In this document: in pieces, positions 38,403 through 52,000 of the stretch
Numbering within the stretch: the first letter of the stretch is position 1
Layout: each line of letters begins with the position of its first letter
DNA from: Eledone cirrhosa
Lineage: Eukaryota
Assembly (NCBI GenBank): GCA_964016885.1
Contig: OZ024743.1
Location: forward strand, 105,958,001-106,022,000
Direction of reading: 5' to 3'
Length of the DNA stretch: 64,000 nt
Notes under the pieces: model-generated
Databases searched by the model: none
What the model saw: the letters and a program-made list of their open reading frames with translations, nothing else
Told to the model about the DNA's origin: nothing
Program-made: the position numbers and the translations under genes

Positions 38403-39399
38403 GCTATATATATATATATATAAGTATCATTGAGAGAAAGGAAACGAAGATATGTATAAATAAACGCACCACACACACAAACACACACATATATGAGAAT
38501 ACGCAACAACGAAAATTATCACGGGGGGACAAAGCAAAAATATAGGTTTCTTATTTAGGCAAAAGGCCAGCAACTTTTCGGTGTGGGAAATTTGATTAGT
38601 TCGACCCAGGTAAATGCTTCAAAATTTAAGATATATACCACCTAATGGTGAACAATAATATTGATCTAAACGAGAAGACATTCACAGGTTTACAAAAATA
38701 CGTTGCTTTACCTGTTCTTCAAATGACGAACCCTTTTGTATTGTGTGTCACACAAAACTCCCTGAAATTTACGCCAAGGACATACGCGCCTGCAGAATAC
38801 TCAACGACTTGCACGTTACCTTCTCGAGCAGGATGTTGTATTGTCCGGACAACCATTGGTTGTCCGGACCGACATATGTCCAACACATGTGTGTGTTGGT
38901 TGCGTGTAAATTTAGAATCACAAAAGAAAAAGCGATAGATGCCTATGGTTATCATATATTCGCTATCAAATTTGTAAAAATAAAAATAAATAGATTCTGT
39001 GCGTGCTGTTAAATATAAGAAATAAGAATTGTGAATAAAGATTTGTAATATGCAATGTAACTATAAAATGGGAAACCAAATGTGTATACCTCAGACGTTT
39101 TTTTAAACAGCTTCTCGCGTAGTGTTCGATATATCATTGAATACTTAATTTCAATATAGAAATTGTAATTAATATTTGTAAAATGTGTAAGGTAAACTAC
39201 CATTGATATTCAAACTATTCCATCTTTTCAGATGTATGATGTCCTATTTTGATATGTTCATGTTAAAAAGAAACGCCTTTTCTGTAGAGCCATATTTGAA
39301 TAGTATATGTGATGGTTAAGACAGAAAATGTTAACAGGATTATTATGTCACAAGGGACCATGTGGTGCAAAGAACTTAGGAAAGTACATATAAGAAATA

Positions 39400-39582
39400 A
39401 TTGTTTCTACTTTAGGCACAAGGCCAGCAATTATCCAGTGCATTACTGGTATTTTATTTTGTCGATCCCGTAAGGATGAAAGGCAAAGTCAACCTCGGCG
39501 GGATTTGAACTCAGATCGTAAAGGGACGTAACTATGCTGGAAAGCATGGCGTCCAACCTGCTACCGATACTGCCAATCCACC
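39400..39582 (-). mobile_element. tRNA-derived SINE with TSD
   Basis: Family sequence with gtacatata(a)gaaataat on both sides. A more decayed copy follows at ~39605-39790. Confidence 0.88.
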
Positions 39583-41339
39583 GTACATATAGAAATAATG
39601 GTGTTTAATTGAGGTACAAGATCAGCAATCTGGGATAAATGCAAAGTCGATTATATCGACTTCGGTAATTCACTGGTACATTATTTTACCGACCACCGGA
39701 GGAGGGAAATGCAAATGTGATTTTGGAGTAATTTAAACTCAGGGACAAATGGGCCGTAATTAAATTCTACAAAGCATTTGTCCGATGCCGTAACGTTTAT
39801 GTTAATCCAAGACAATAACTTTAGTTTTTTTCCATGGAATGCACATGACAAGGTTTTCATTCGTTCAATTAGAACCCAAATAAAAAAGAGGATAATGTAA
39901 GAAGTTCTTGAGAAATGTGGAAGATTCAAATTGATGAATCTAATTGGTTAAAATACTGAAATATAATTTAATAAGATTGAGAATGCATATTTTACACTGG
40001 ATATGATAATTAAACATTGAAGGAAGGCTTTCAAATGCAACTCTTTTCTCTCTTATCGTTTACGGATATTGCTTCAAGATGTCTACATCACAACAGAAAA
40101 TATTCGTGGAACTGAATATGACAACAAGCCTTGAGGGTAGGTTGCCGCCATGAATGACATACCGAGGAAGAATTATATTAAAATCTTACCAAATAGAGAT
40201 AGAAATACTGCCGATAATATTCATGACATTTTGACCACATCCCCCGGCCCATGGTCTGGAAATGTTTAAATTGAAATCATTATAGATATTCATTTCTTAA
40301 AATTGAAAGGCCACTACTCGAGAAAAAAAAACCGGATGTCAAGGGCAGAGTAGCGAAACGAAAAACCAGCTCTTATTAGACAAGTTTGTATTAAAGGATT
40401 GACAAAACAAAACATGTGAACATAGAAATATCCTGGGTAGATTACAAGAATTCGTATGATTCGTTTGCTACCCAATGGACAAAAAAACGGACAACACTCT
40501 GAAGAATGTCTTAATCCTCTTAAAGTAATCTGACATTTTCATTTCTAAATATTTAATATAGTATTGTCTTCTGCATAAGTTTTGGTAAAGGGTTAGGTTA
40601 ACCCTAAATAACATTTAAAAAAAATGTAAATATTGATTTATATCGTATAAGCGAAAAAGTTTAATTTTTTGTTTGTTTGTTTTTTTTGATATCACCGAAA
40701 CCATGATTTATATTTGTTTTGAATAGAATATAGTAGAGTAAAATAATACCCAGGAAAAAATCGATTATACAATCGTGTTTAAATTCTCTCCTGATATCAA
40801 ACCACCACACATAAAATTGCTATGCTGCACAAAATTATTCCATTCGATTATAAATTTGTGAGTGACCTTAAGAAGGATTAATATGAAATATTGATTTCTA
40901 ACATTACTACAAGGTTATCAGTTTTAGATGGTGAGTATTGTAAAATCAACCACAGTTTAGGGGTTAATGTATATTTTACTGAATCAACCAGCATTAAATA
41001 ATACACAACTCTTGTGAGAAATGTTCATTGAGAGTCGAAACGGCGTATTATATAAAAATTACATTCGTCACTTACCACTGAGTATGACTAGCTTTCACCA
41101 AGGAGTCAGGTGCCCATGCAGTTGAACGCAGACGCATACACTCTCTTGACACGAAATCTGATTCAGAGTAACATCCAGAATGAGTCAGATGGAGAGAAAT
41201 TGGGTCGTACCAACAATACAGGGTTAATACTTTATTAATGTAAAGCTGAAAGGCAAAGAAGATGTCAGCGGGATTTGAATTCTGAATGCAGATACCTTAG
41301 AACAAATATCACGAGGTGAATAGAATACTCTGCTGACGT

Positions 41340-42500
41340 CCTAAACCTTATCACAACAGCATCTTCTCATATAAACGGGGTTTATCTGGGAGCGATAACT
41401 AATCTCTCAGAGGCTGAGGTCACTAGAGCAGTGAAAGAGCTCAAATGTGGCAAGGCCGCTGTGAATGATTAAATCTGACCCAAGATATTGAAAGCCTTAA
41501 ATAGAGAAAATATTCTCTGGCTGACACATGTGTGCCGGGTGGGCTGGATCTCTGGAAGGCACCTAATCAATGGCAATATGGAGTAATAATTCCAATTTTA
41601 AAAAAGGGAGACAAAAGAGATTGTTCCAATTCCAGACGGGTCTCCTAGTTAAGCACACCTGGTAAACTCTATTCTAAGTGTCTGGCAAAGATGCTGGGAG
41701 ATTGTCGAGTCCAAGCTTCCTGATGGACAGTGTGGTTTTTGCGCCAATCGCAGCACAACCGACAACATATTCACACTGCGACATGTCTTTGAGAAATAGT
41801 AGGAGTATTGCCACTGTGGAAGATTCTGCAGGAGTATGGGATCGATGGCCAGCTTTTCGCTGCCTTGATCATTCTATACGAATGCCTGAGTATTTATGTT
41901 CGGATAAATGATACTAAATTGAAACCATTCAATGTGGGATTCGGACACTGCCAAGGGTGCCAACTGTCACCTCACATTTTCATTATTTACATGAACCGGA
42001 GGGGCATGCGTAGTCGTGTTAGAAGTGATATCATGATTGCCAGCATCAGCGTTCAGTAATCAGAAAAAGGTAGGTAGGCGTAAAAGCCAAACTAGCTAAC
42101 TTCAATTCGGTATTCGTGCCAAGCCTTACCTAAGGTCATGAAACTTGGGTTAATGACTGAACAAATACGATCGCAGAATGGGGTTCCACCGAAGAGTATT
42201 TTATGTAACGTTACTCAATAGAGGGCGTTGGTCGGAGATCAGAGTGTGACTGCAAGTAGAGACTCTACTTTTCCGAATTGAGAGATCACTGCTCCGATAT
42301 TATGGGCAAGTCGTTAGAATGTCTCAGTAAAGAATCGGTAGAAGACCCAGTGGTAGACCCCCAAACAAGATGGTCTTTGCTTGTCTCGCTTGGGGATCCA
42401 GTCGGAGAAGTTGGAGACGGTTGCATTGGATAGGACACGCTGGAAGAATTGTTTGATGACTCTGCATCCATAACCCTCTCAGCAATAAGTGGGGAAAGAA
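41340..42500 (+). pseudogene. Degenerate RTE-clade LINE remnant
   Basis: ELKCGKAA, IIPILKKGDKRDCSN, DGQCGF, STTDNIFTLRH, LWKILQEYGIDG and GHCQGCQLSP. Same family as 23340-25010. Confidence 0.8.
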
Positions 42501-42550
42501 GATGAGACCACAGAATAAATATGAAGTGCTATAACGAATGAAAAATATAT

Positions 42551-42629
<79 letters not shown>

Positions 42630-42630
<1 letters not shown>

Positions 42631-43620
42631 CCGGTTAGGATACCCGCTACACTGACAAGACAACCTCATACGCGCCTGTAGTTTCGTCTGCACCAGTGCC
42701 TTTACACCACCCCACTACGCCCGCACTAACCGGCTACTGTATACGTCACCTACCATCCTTCACTCCTTCTCCTCCAGAGGACAATCCTGCGCGACTTCCG
42801 CCGCCTTCATTCACTTCTATGAATCTCCCCATTCCCCCTCCCATTTTCTTCTCTTTTAAACATGCATGTCCCAACAAGAACCTTCTCGTCCACAGTTCCC
42901 GTCCTCCTTCCGACACTTCTCCTGGATCCCTTTCCTGCTCCCGAATCCACTGTTACATATGCAGCTTCATTACCCACACCGCCACCTTCATCTGACCTAA
43001 CAGCCATCTCTGTTATATGCTATTTACGTTGGTCTGACTGACTGTCAACTAGCCGTCGTTGACGAACTACAAGACATCCGGGTCAGTAAGTCGTCCTCGG
43101 AGACACGAGATTTCTGCTCTGCCGGTCATTCCACGCATCTTCTGACTGTGATCGGACTCGCATCCTGCAGAGGTCCCCTAACAAGTACCGCCTGAGTTAA
43201 CGGAGGCTTGTATTGTTTTTCATAATCCCTCTACACCCCGTGGAATTAATACATCTCTTCCTATGTTCTGCCCTTCACATTCCATCCAACACCGTCCCTC
43301 ATCCACACTTGCATTCTGAAATACTCACAGACGCTTAGATACCGTACACTTCAACCATTACTCTCACACACTACATAATAAAAATACACGCAAACACACT
43401 CTGATAGACACATACATATCACCACATATAAGCGTTTTATTTTGTTGCTTTGACGCCTATAACTGACTTTCTTTCATTTCAAAATTAGCTTTTCCCCCTA
43501 CGTTACATGTCATATTAATGAAATAGTTTCTCTAAAATGTTGTTTTCTATTTTTAAAATGTATCCCCTGACGAAGGTCTATAGTGAGATACGGTGAATTC
43601 TTCTTTTCTCCCTTTCATCT
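42630..43620 (+). pseudogene. Penelope-like element 3' remnant (GIY-YIG region plus decayed pLTR)
   Basis: LPLHHPTT, NLLVHSS and PGSLSCSRIHCYICSFI parallel the 48600-49260 region. A decayed hammerhead ccc-CTGACGA-aggtctatagtga-GATA-cgg lies at 43564-43595. Confidence 0.65.
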
Positions 43621-43639
43621 AAGCGTAGAATATCAGTAC

Positions 43640-45960
43640 ATGAATAGCATTAAGAAAAAGATAGGGAAGGCTAACTCATGGTATGAGAGCCAAATATACC
43701 AGAGTGTCAAGTTCGATCATACTACCCGTAGAGGGGAACTAGTGTATCGATTTGAAAGATCCATAGTATTAAATAGTAGAAAAAGCAGGAGTACCATAAA
43801 GTCCCAGGTTATTAAGACATACCCTTTAATAAAAACGCCGTGTACCTATAGAAACTGTATAGTCTCTAAGATAAGCCCACAGATAAACTGACAAACTTGA
43901 AATGTAGTCTGTAGGATAATATATATAGATGGACAATACAGAGACGAAACAATGGCATACATAGGAGAGAGATTGAAAGAACACATTTGAGAACAGAGGA
44001 GGACGTTTTTTCAGTGTTATACCAACACGTCATACTAAACTATAACACGAGGGCTCTATAGATGACATCGAATACAGATCCTAACAACTTATAGAACTGA
44101 TGCAACACTCAGACGAGTAATAGAAATAATAGAAGATAGACATGAACAGAAAATACAAGTGGAATAGTAACAGCCCGTAACTTAATGACTGACGACAGAA
44201 TAGAGAATAAACGACACAAACAATACAAACTCCCACACAAAAAAACACACATTGTTCAGCAAGAAGACCAACCACGTGAGATAAACGTAAATTGCAAATA
44301 TGTTTTGAAAGTACATAAATATTAATTAATGAAAGAGACAATCCCAAAACCAATTGTGGTACTATACTCACACCAAATAATCTAAAACTACCATCTATTA
44401 TAGCAGTCCAAATTTGCGAAACACCCCGTCTAAGTAATTTCTTAGACCTCTTATTGAAATGTCTTCCGAAATACATTCGTATTTTCATACGAGATGATTT
44501 AGATTTTCTCAACTATCTCCCGGAAAATGTAAACCAGAACACTTTTATGGTCTCATAAGATGTTGTGAACTTATACAGTAACATTCCTCACATTTACCGA
44601 TTCAAAGCCATCAAATACTAACTAGACTCATTTCCTTGTGAACTATGAGACAGCTTCTATAAGAGTTTCATCGTAGATGGGCTGGAATTCATTAAAAAAA
44701 AAATGATTTCCTGTTCGATGATATTGCTTCCCGACTGAAATCAGGAACAGCCATCCGGACGGAAGTTGCATCATATTATGCCAACATAGTCATGGGATAC
44801 CAGGAATTACGAATTTACAAAAAACAAAGCCAAAAAAACAGAAGACATTCATAGGAATAATTTAGGCGAGTACATAAAAGAAAACTGGACGAGGAATTTG
44901 GACGACTGCTTTATATTATGGAGGGAGAATCTTGGCCAACTACAGACATTGCACGCCATCATCAATGGTATAAACCTATGTAGCAATACAAAACTTCCAT
45001 TTTTAAGATATCCTAATAACAGAAAGAAACATAACATTAGAAACTGATATATATTTGAAACCTATTGACTCTCGACAATACATACGTTTTACATTTCATG
45101 ATCCATCACACACCCGTACCAATATCTGTTTTAACTTAGCCAAGCGAATCTGTACAATAGATTCAAACACAATAACCAGAGACTACACATTAGAGAAGAT
45201 AAAACAAATGCTTTTCAAGAGACAATATTCTCAGAATTTAATCAACAATAATATCTCAAAAGCATTCTAATCAATATCCAAACACACTGAGAATCAAAAC
45301 CAAAGCAAGGAAAATGGTCATACCATACGTCTCAACTTTTAATCCAAAGAATAGAGAGATATACACACACAATTAAACCTATCTATCTTACTATAGTACA
45401 AGAAAATAAAAAAAAACAACTTACCAAAACACCCAATCATAAAAAGTAAACGACAACCAAAATCACTCTAAAAGATACTAACGAATACAAAATTGGAAAC
45501 TGTTACTAAAGCAACTGAAGTAAAAAGGTGCAATCGACCTCACTGTGGAGTATGCTGCTATGTGTTAGAAGGCAACGAATTTAATTTCAAAGAATGTCTT
45601 CTCTTTATAATTATAAATGACATCGCTTGCATCTCGGGAAATTTAATATACATTATAACGTGTAAAGGTTGCCACGAATACTATATTGGACAAACAGGCA
45701 CCATTAAGCAAACATATGGAGAACCTATTCTGCTACATTTCGATCTCTTCCCATTCTACCAATGTAGACAACATTTCACTCAAGATAAAGATATTAGTAT
45801 ATAAAGAGTTTTTATAAGTAAATTCAACTAAAACGCAATTACTTAGGCACATAAAAACATTTTGAAACAAACGAAAAAAAACACGAAAATAGAAAAAAAA
45901 ATAAAGCCTGAATTCTGCCCTTTGAAATTCACATATTGTTCTCGATATAAGTGACGAAGA
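43640..45960 (+). pseudogene. Heavily decayed Penelope-like (Neptune-type) element
   Basis: DVVNLYSNIPH, SGTAIRT..ASYYANIVMG, LDDCFILW, KPIDSRQYI..HDPSH, CNRPHCGVC and NLIYIITCKGCHEYYIGQTG. Confidence 0.8.
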
Positions 45961-46241
45961 TAACACGAGTTGCATTCAAAGAGAACACAAGCGTCCAACC
46001 AGATGAGAAAATAATAAACGAAAAGCATTTTTCAAAAAGACTTTAGCGTAAATCTTTTTCAATATGGTCTAAGCACAACGTAATCCGGTTAAATTAAGGA
46101 AAAGAATATAAATAATCATCCAATTACTTGGCCCACTAATACAAAAATCTCAGGAATGATCAGACATCGCATCTTTCAAAGCATATTTTCTCTATAACAC
46201 GTAATTTGTAAAGAAACTTCTGAAGTTTGTTTAAATTGTTT

Positions 46242-46308
<67 letters not shown>

Positions 46309-46315
46309 ACACACG

Positions 46316-46372
<57 letters not shown>

Positions 46373-46539
46373 TGCAGAAAGTAAGTTGCTTATACGTGGT
46401 TGTTACGTTGTAACTACTTAAGGATAAGCATCAGATGAAATCACATGCACAACAATGTAACAGAAATATATATAATGCAATAAAGCAATTATGGTGAAAT
46501 GATTCCATCTTAATTATATTTGCTATCTACTCTCAAGCG

Positions 46540-49500
46540 CTTCCTTCAACCTTTCCCCCTATATACATCCAATCCTCCCTGCATCTCTCCAACCTCATCT
46601 TCACCAAAACACGATACAACAGTCACATCACATTTTTAAGTCGCTGTCTCCACCAGCACCCCATTCCCCGCTGTTTTCGTCTCAAGTTTCACCCCACCTC
46701 TTACTCTGCTCCCACCACTGAGTCCATCCTTACCCGCTCCTCTCGCCAGCTCATGCGGGCGACTATTCGTTCAACTCGCGCCCAAATCCGTTCTCTCAAC
46801 CGAGATCTCCCTAAGGCCTACCTCCATTTCTCTTCCACTTGCCAACCTTTCCTCGTCCAAACCCTTATCCAATTTATCCTTTACCTCAATCGCCTCCTTT
46901 TCAATTTCCTCACTTCCTTAAAAAACCGTAAACTCGACTCTCTCCGCTCCCCGACTACCGTCACAAACCATACTCATTCACTTTCAACCCTAACTCCTCT
47001 ATCCCGTCTCCTACCACTGTATCTGCACACGCTTTGGCCAACCACCTGACCCCTCCGCTTCCGCCACTTTCACTCCCTCACGTCCTTGCACTGTAGTTAC
47101 CATACCCCAGGGCTTACGACTCTACAAAACTGAGCCCTCCTTCCTCACCCATGGTTTGCGTTTTATACCAACCACATCTACCTGCGACGAGTTCCGCTCA
47201 CGTGCCGAGATTGATGGGTTCTTCCGTCGTTTAAAGCTGAAAGCTTTTTTTCACGACACGCCACCATCAGCACAGACGGATGACTTCACTCATCTCAGTC
47301 GCCGGCAATCACACTGGACGCCGAGCTCTGGCCAGTTCAGTACCCTCGACTCCTCTGTCGATACCTGCCGGCGTACTGTGAATCGGTTCCGTTTCCACCA
47401 GCAGTCTCGTCGCTCTAACATCACGCGAACTGAGATCTCCGCTCTTCGCAACCTTCGGTGTCGCGATGAAATTGTCATGAAACCCTCTGAAAAGGGTGGC
47501 GCTGTGGTGGTTTGAAGCGCTGACCTCTATATGGCTGAGGCTCTCCGCCAGCTTCACAATAACCTTTTTTACCGCCCTTTATCCTCCGACCCCACTCCTG
47601 GCTACAAACAACTCGTGTCCTCCACCATCCACGACCTCATCTCCTCTTAGCCCCCCCCCCCCCCCACCAACCTTATTGTACGCACTCCTAGCACACCCAC
47701 CATCTACTTCCTCTCTAAAATACACAAACAAAATAATCCTGGCCGTTTCTGCGTGCAACTGCCCCACCAAGATAATTTCTGAATATTTAGACACCATCCT
47801 CGCCCCGTTGGTCAGCAATCTCGCCTCCCACATCCACGATACAAATCATGCCCTTACACTTTTCAACTCTTTCTCCTTCCCTCCTGGTCCCTCCCACCTT
47901 CTCTTTAATGGACATCGCTTATCTCTATACCGTCATCCCTCATGATGACGGCCTCCACGCACTCCAGCATTTTTTAGATTTACGCCCTACCCCTTACCCC
48001 AGCACTACCACTCTTCTCTGTCTGGCTGAGCTTGTTCTCACCCTTAATAGATATCTTTTTGGGGTGAATTTTACCAGTAGGTCTCTGGGGTAGCGATGGG
48101 AACCAGAATGGTTCCAAACTATACCAACTTGCTTGTTGGCTACGTCGAAGCCCAGATCTTCTCCCAGTACGCTGGACCGACTCCTGAGCTATACGGTCGT
48201 TATATCGACGACTCTATCGGCGCCACCTCTCTATCACGAGAAGAGCTCGACTGTTTTCTTTCTTTCCAACCTGCTCTGAAATTCACCGCCTTGGTCTCCG
48301 ATTATTCTGTCGCTTTTCTAGATATCTCTGAATCTATTAATCACTCTCACCATACCGTCTCTACTTCCATCTACATTAAACCAACAGACTCCCAATCTTA
48401 TCTCGACTTCACCTCCTCCCATCCAACCCACACCAAATTCTCCATAGACTATTCCCAATTCCTCCGTCTTCGTCGACTCTGTAGCCAGACTGACGATTTC
48501 GAAACCTATTCCCTTCGCATGGCTTCCTGCTTCATCCAGCGTGTATATCCCCCCCCCCGACCTTGATCCAAGCTGCTCTCACTCACGCCCGTGAAACTGA
48601 CCACGCCGCATCCCTCTCACCTCACCCCGCCCTCCCAATGCTCGTGTTCCTTTTCCTCTCACCTACCACCCCATCACCCTATCACTCTCGCGACATATCC
48701 TCCATTCCTTCCGTCCGCTCTTCTGACCCCGTCACTTCTCACTTTTTCCAGCCCCACCCATTACTGATTTTAAGCGCGCCCGAATCCTCCGCGACATCCT
48801 GGTTCGCAGTTCTTTTTTGTCCTCTCCCACGACTCCACCCGGCCCTTATCCTTGTTCCCGTTGCCGCTGCAACACTTGTCCCTTTATTGCCACCCTCACC
48901 ACTCTTACGTATCTTTCCGGGTCTTTCCGTATCCACCATTCATTCACCTGCACATTCACCCACGTTGTCTATGCTCTCCGGTGTTCTCTTTGCGGGTCTT
49001 TATATATCGGACAAACGGGACACCGTATGGCGGACCGGTTTGCCGAACATTTGAGGGACATACTACTCGGTTTGGATACTCCTGCCGCCCGTCATTTCTG
49101 TTCCCCTGGTGATTCTTCTCTACATGTTTCAGTCCTGGGTGTCCTTTTACATCATGGATCACAGGCCTCGAGCACTAGGACTGTACAAAGTCTGATTCAC
49201 CGTCATGGGTCCAATTCCCCTCTTGGACACAACTCACCTCCCCGTCCATTATCACACCCCTAGATTCCTATCGTGTTCTTTGCTCATAGCTTCGTACTTA
49301 CATGCACACACACTCTTTTACTCACATATACACACATATAACTTCTTAACTTCGTACGGGCCCTATAATAACACACACACGCACACACACACACAGACAC
49401 ACACACATACGCACACACACACACACACCCATGCTTACGCACGTGCTCAAGTATAGCTCTTTTTACAATACGGTTTTTTTTCCATTTCAGGTAGACGCGC

Positions 49501-49790
49501 GCCATCATCCACTTTTCTAAAAAACAAATCATACACAAAACGCCAGCACCAACAGTTTGGCAAGAGATGTCAACATGAATGGACCTATTATTTTCATCTA
49601 AAGATATTTTTCCCAATTCCATTCCGCCCGTCCCCTTAATCTATTTTATTTCTCATTCTTTGTTCTGATGAAGGACTAGCGTCCGAAACGTTAGGCCCTC
49701 TTCCTGCTATATCAAGCGTTAACCTAATATATACCTTCCATGTACCGTACCGATTGTGTTGTTATTTCTGTTTACCTTTTAAATACATAC
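46540..49790 (+). mobile_element. Near full-length but frameshifted Penelope-like element, Neptune-type (RT, Cys linker, GIY-YIG, 3' pLTR)
   Basis: KPSEKGGAVVV, MDIAYLYTVIPH, AMGTRMVPNYTNL, GRYIDD, YIKPTDSQSYLDFTSSHP, CSRCRCNTC and VYALRCSLCGSLYIGQTG..RFAEH. A hammerhead core lies at 49665. The element is flanked by TA/CA tracts. Confidence 0.9.
49661..49697 (+). ncRNA. Minimal hammerhead ribozyme core in the PLE 3' pseudo-LTR
   Basis: CTGATGA-a-GGAC-tagc-GTCC-GAAA-cgt-t, with palindromic AACGTT at stem III. Stem I pairing is weak (about 2 bp). Confidence 0.68.
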
Positions 49791-50512
49791 ATATATATAT
49801 ATATACAATATCCGTCCCTATGTAGGGTGTGTGTATATGTGTACTCCGTGTTTTGGTTGACGTAGTCTGCGAATATATGTGTATTAACATGTAGGAATGT
49901 GTGTGCGTGCGTTATATACGTTTATATAATTATATGTATACACGCACACACAGACACTTATAAATATATATTTTCGTTATATATATTTTTATATGTATTT
50001 GGTGTATACGTTCGTATGTGTGCGGGTACTGGTGCTGCGTAGTATCTGTATGTGCGTGCGTGTTTTTTGTGTACGTGCTCGTTTTAGCATACTCATAGCG
50101 AGTGTTTTCGCGTATGCATGCGTATGTACGTATATGGATGCGTGCATGTATATATTTAATTTCAATTACCTCTGTAATTTATTTACTTTATTCTTAACTC
50201 TGAATCCGAGAACCATTCGGTTTCCCCAATAGAATTTTAGTCTACGATTTCAGTTATACCATATACGTGGTTTTGTCTTTGCGTGTTCTCACCGATCCAC
50301 ATAAAGACGTATTAACTTTGTTTTTTCTATTCATTGCCAGTGAACCTGTCCACGAACCGCCTAACAAAATATTAGTCTACGACTACATTTATACCATAAA
50401 CGTGGTTTTGTCTTTGCGTGTAATTGTTTCACCTATTACCCACTCTACTACCCTAGGTATTGAGTACTCTGGTGCGCTACGGCCTATCTGGTTCCTTACC
50501 ACAACTCCTTCG

Positions 50513-50560
<48 letters not shown>

Positions 50561-51184
50561 AGGAAATATTTAAATTTAAATACAACTTAAATTACCATGT
50601 ATTAATATCACCTAACCTGAGATAATTTTAGCCTTGAAAATTTTATATCACTCAATATATACCCATATTGCAATTACAATTGACCTTTAATTTCTATATG
50701 GCTTATGAATAAACCTAAACAAGCTATATAATTAGCACAATCTTCTTCCACTATTCATACTTTATTACCTATCCTAAATCACCATTGAATTTGAAAAATA
50801 ATTTTCTTTCTTACTATATATGTATTCATGTATACACATATAACCTCTATTAAGAAACAAGTCATGCCTTCAAAGTTAGATTTTTATTAATCATTGGGGT
50901 CGATAAAATAAAGTACCGGTAATGTACTGGGTAATTGCTGACCTTGTCCCAAAAGTAGAAACAATTATTAATTCATCAAATATTACTTTCCAAGTTAGCA
51001 ATTCATTAACTTTTGAATTAATCTAATAGACTTGTATAATAACCGAGTGATTTCCCTGTATCTAAATTAGAACACCCATGTAAAAAGGTATATTTATTAT
51101 TAACCAAATGCTTACCATCCTTCAAATAAGACATCTTTTCCCAGAAGATTCATTACCCCTAGCACAAGGCACTCACAACTATGA

Positions 51185-51381
51185 TCTTCTTCTTCTTCTT
51201 CTTCTTCTTCTTCTTCTTCTTCTTCTTCTTCTTCTTCTTCTTCTTCTTCTTCTTCTTCTTCTTCTTCTTCTTCTTCTCCTTCTTCTTCTTCTTCTTCTTC
51301 TTCTTCTTCTTCTTCTTCTTCTTCTTCTTCTTCTTCTTCTTCTTCTTCTTCTTCTTCTTCTTCTTCTTCTTCTTCTTCTTC
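51185..51381. repeat. (TTC)n microsatellite, about 65 units
   Basis: Read directly. It explains the poly-L/F/K ORFs. Confidence 0.97.
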
Positions 51382-51743
51382 TCTAACTCCAATATTTTTT
51401 CTTCTTCGTCCACTTACTCCTCAAATGTTAGTGGTGCCAAGATTCTAGAACACTCGTTCCACTATCTTTATCAATCAAAGGAGGCACTCTTGAATATATA
51501 TTTGTATGGTATGTATATTCTTATATCTACACTGTTTATATACTACCAATAAAGATTCTAACTTCATTGTTTCCGAAGAAGAGGGTTTCATCGAACCAAT
51601 ATATTATGTCTGATAGTACACCGTTCTATAATTGCTATAGCTAAGTGAATATATCAATACAATCAACCCTCCGAAACGATCGCAAAATAATGAATTGAAT
51701 ATGTAAAATAACTTTCCTTCGTTATTATTATCATTGTTAAACT

Positions 51744-51931
51744 GGCGGTGGATTGGCAGTATCGGTAGAGGGTCGGACGCCATGCTTTGACGCATAGAGT
51801 TATGGCCCTTGACATTCTGAGTTCAAATCCCGCCGAGGTTAACTTTGCCTTTCATCCTTACGGGGTCGATAAAATAAAGTACCAGTAATGCACTGGGTAA
51901 TTGCTGGCCTTGTGCAAAAAAGTAGAAACAG
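51744..51931 (+). mobile_element. tRNA-derived SINE with ~22-bp TSD
   Basis: Family sequence with ttattatta(t/a)cattgttaaact at 51722-51743 and 51932-51953. Confidence 0.92.
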
Positions 51932-51958
51932 TTATTATTAACATTGTTAAACTAATAT

Positions 51959-52000
<42 letters not shown>

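Noticed and set aside
45940-45995. GTGACGA...CAAA at the end of the 43.6-45.9 kb PLE remnant as a possible hammerhead
   Set aside because: The position fits a pLTR, but both core boxes are mutated and stems I and III cannot be drawn.
50237-50421. 50-bp direct repeat pair (ttagtctacga...gtggttttgtctttgcgtgt) suggesting LTRs
   Set aside because: The repeats are too short and close, with no TG..CA ends, PBS or internal coding. This is a local duplication inside an unclassified repeat.
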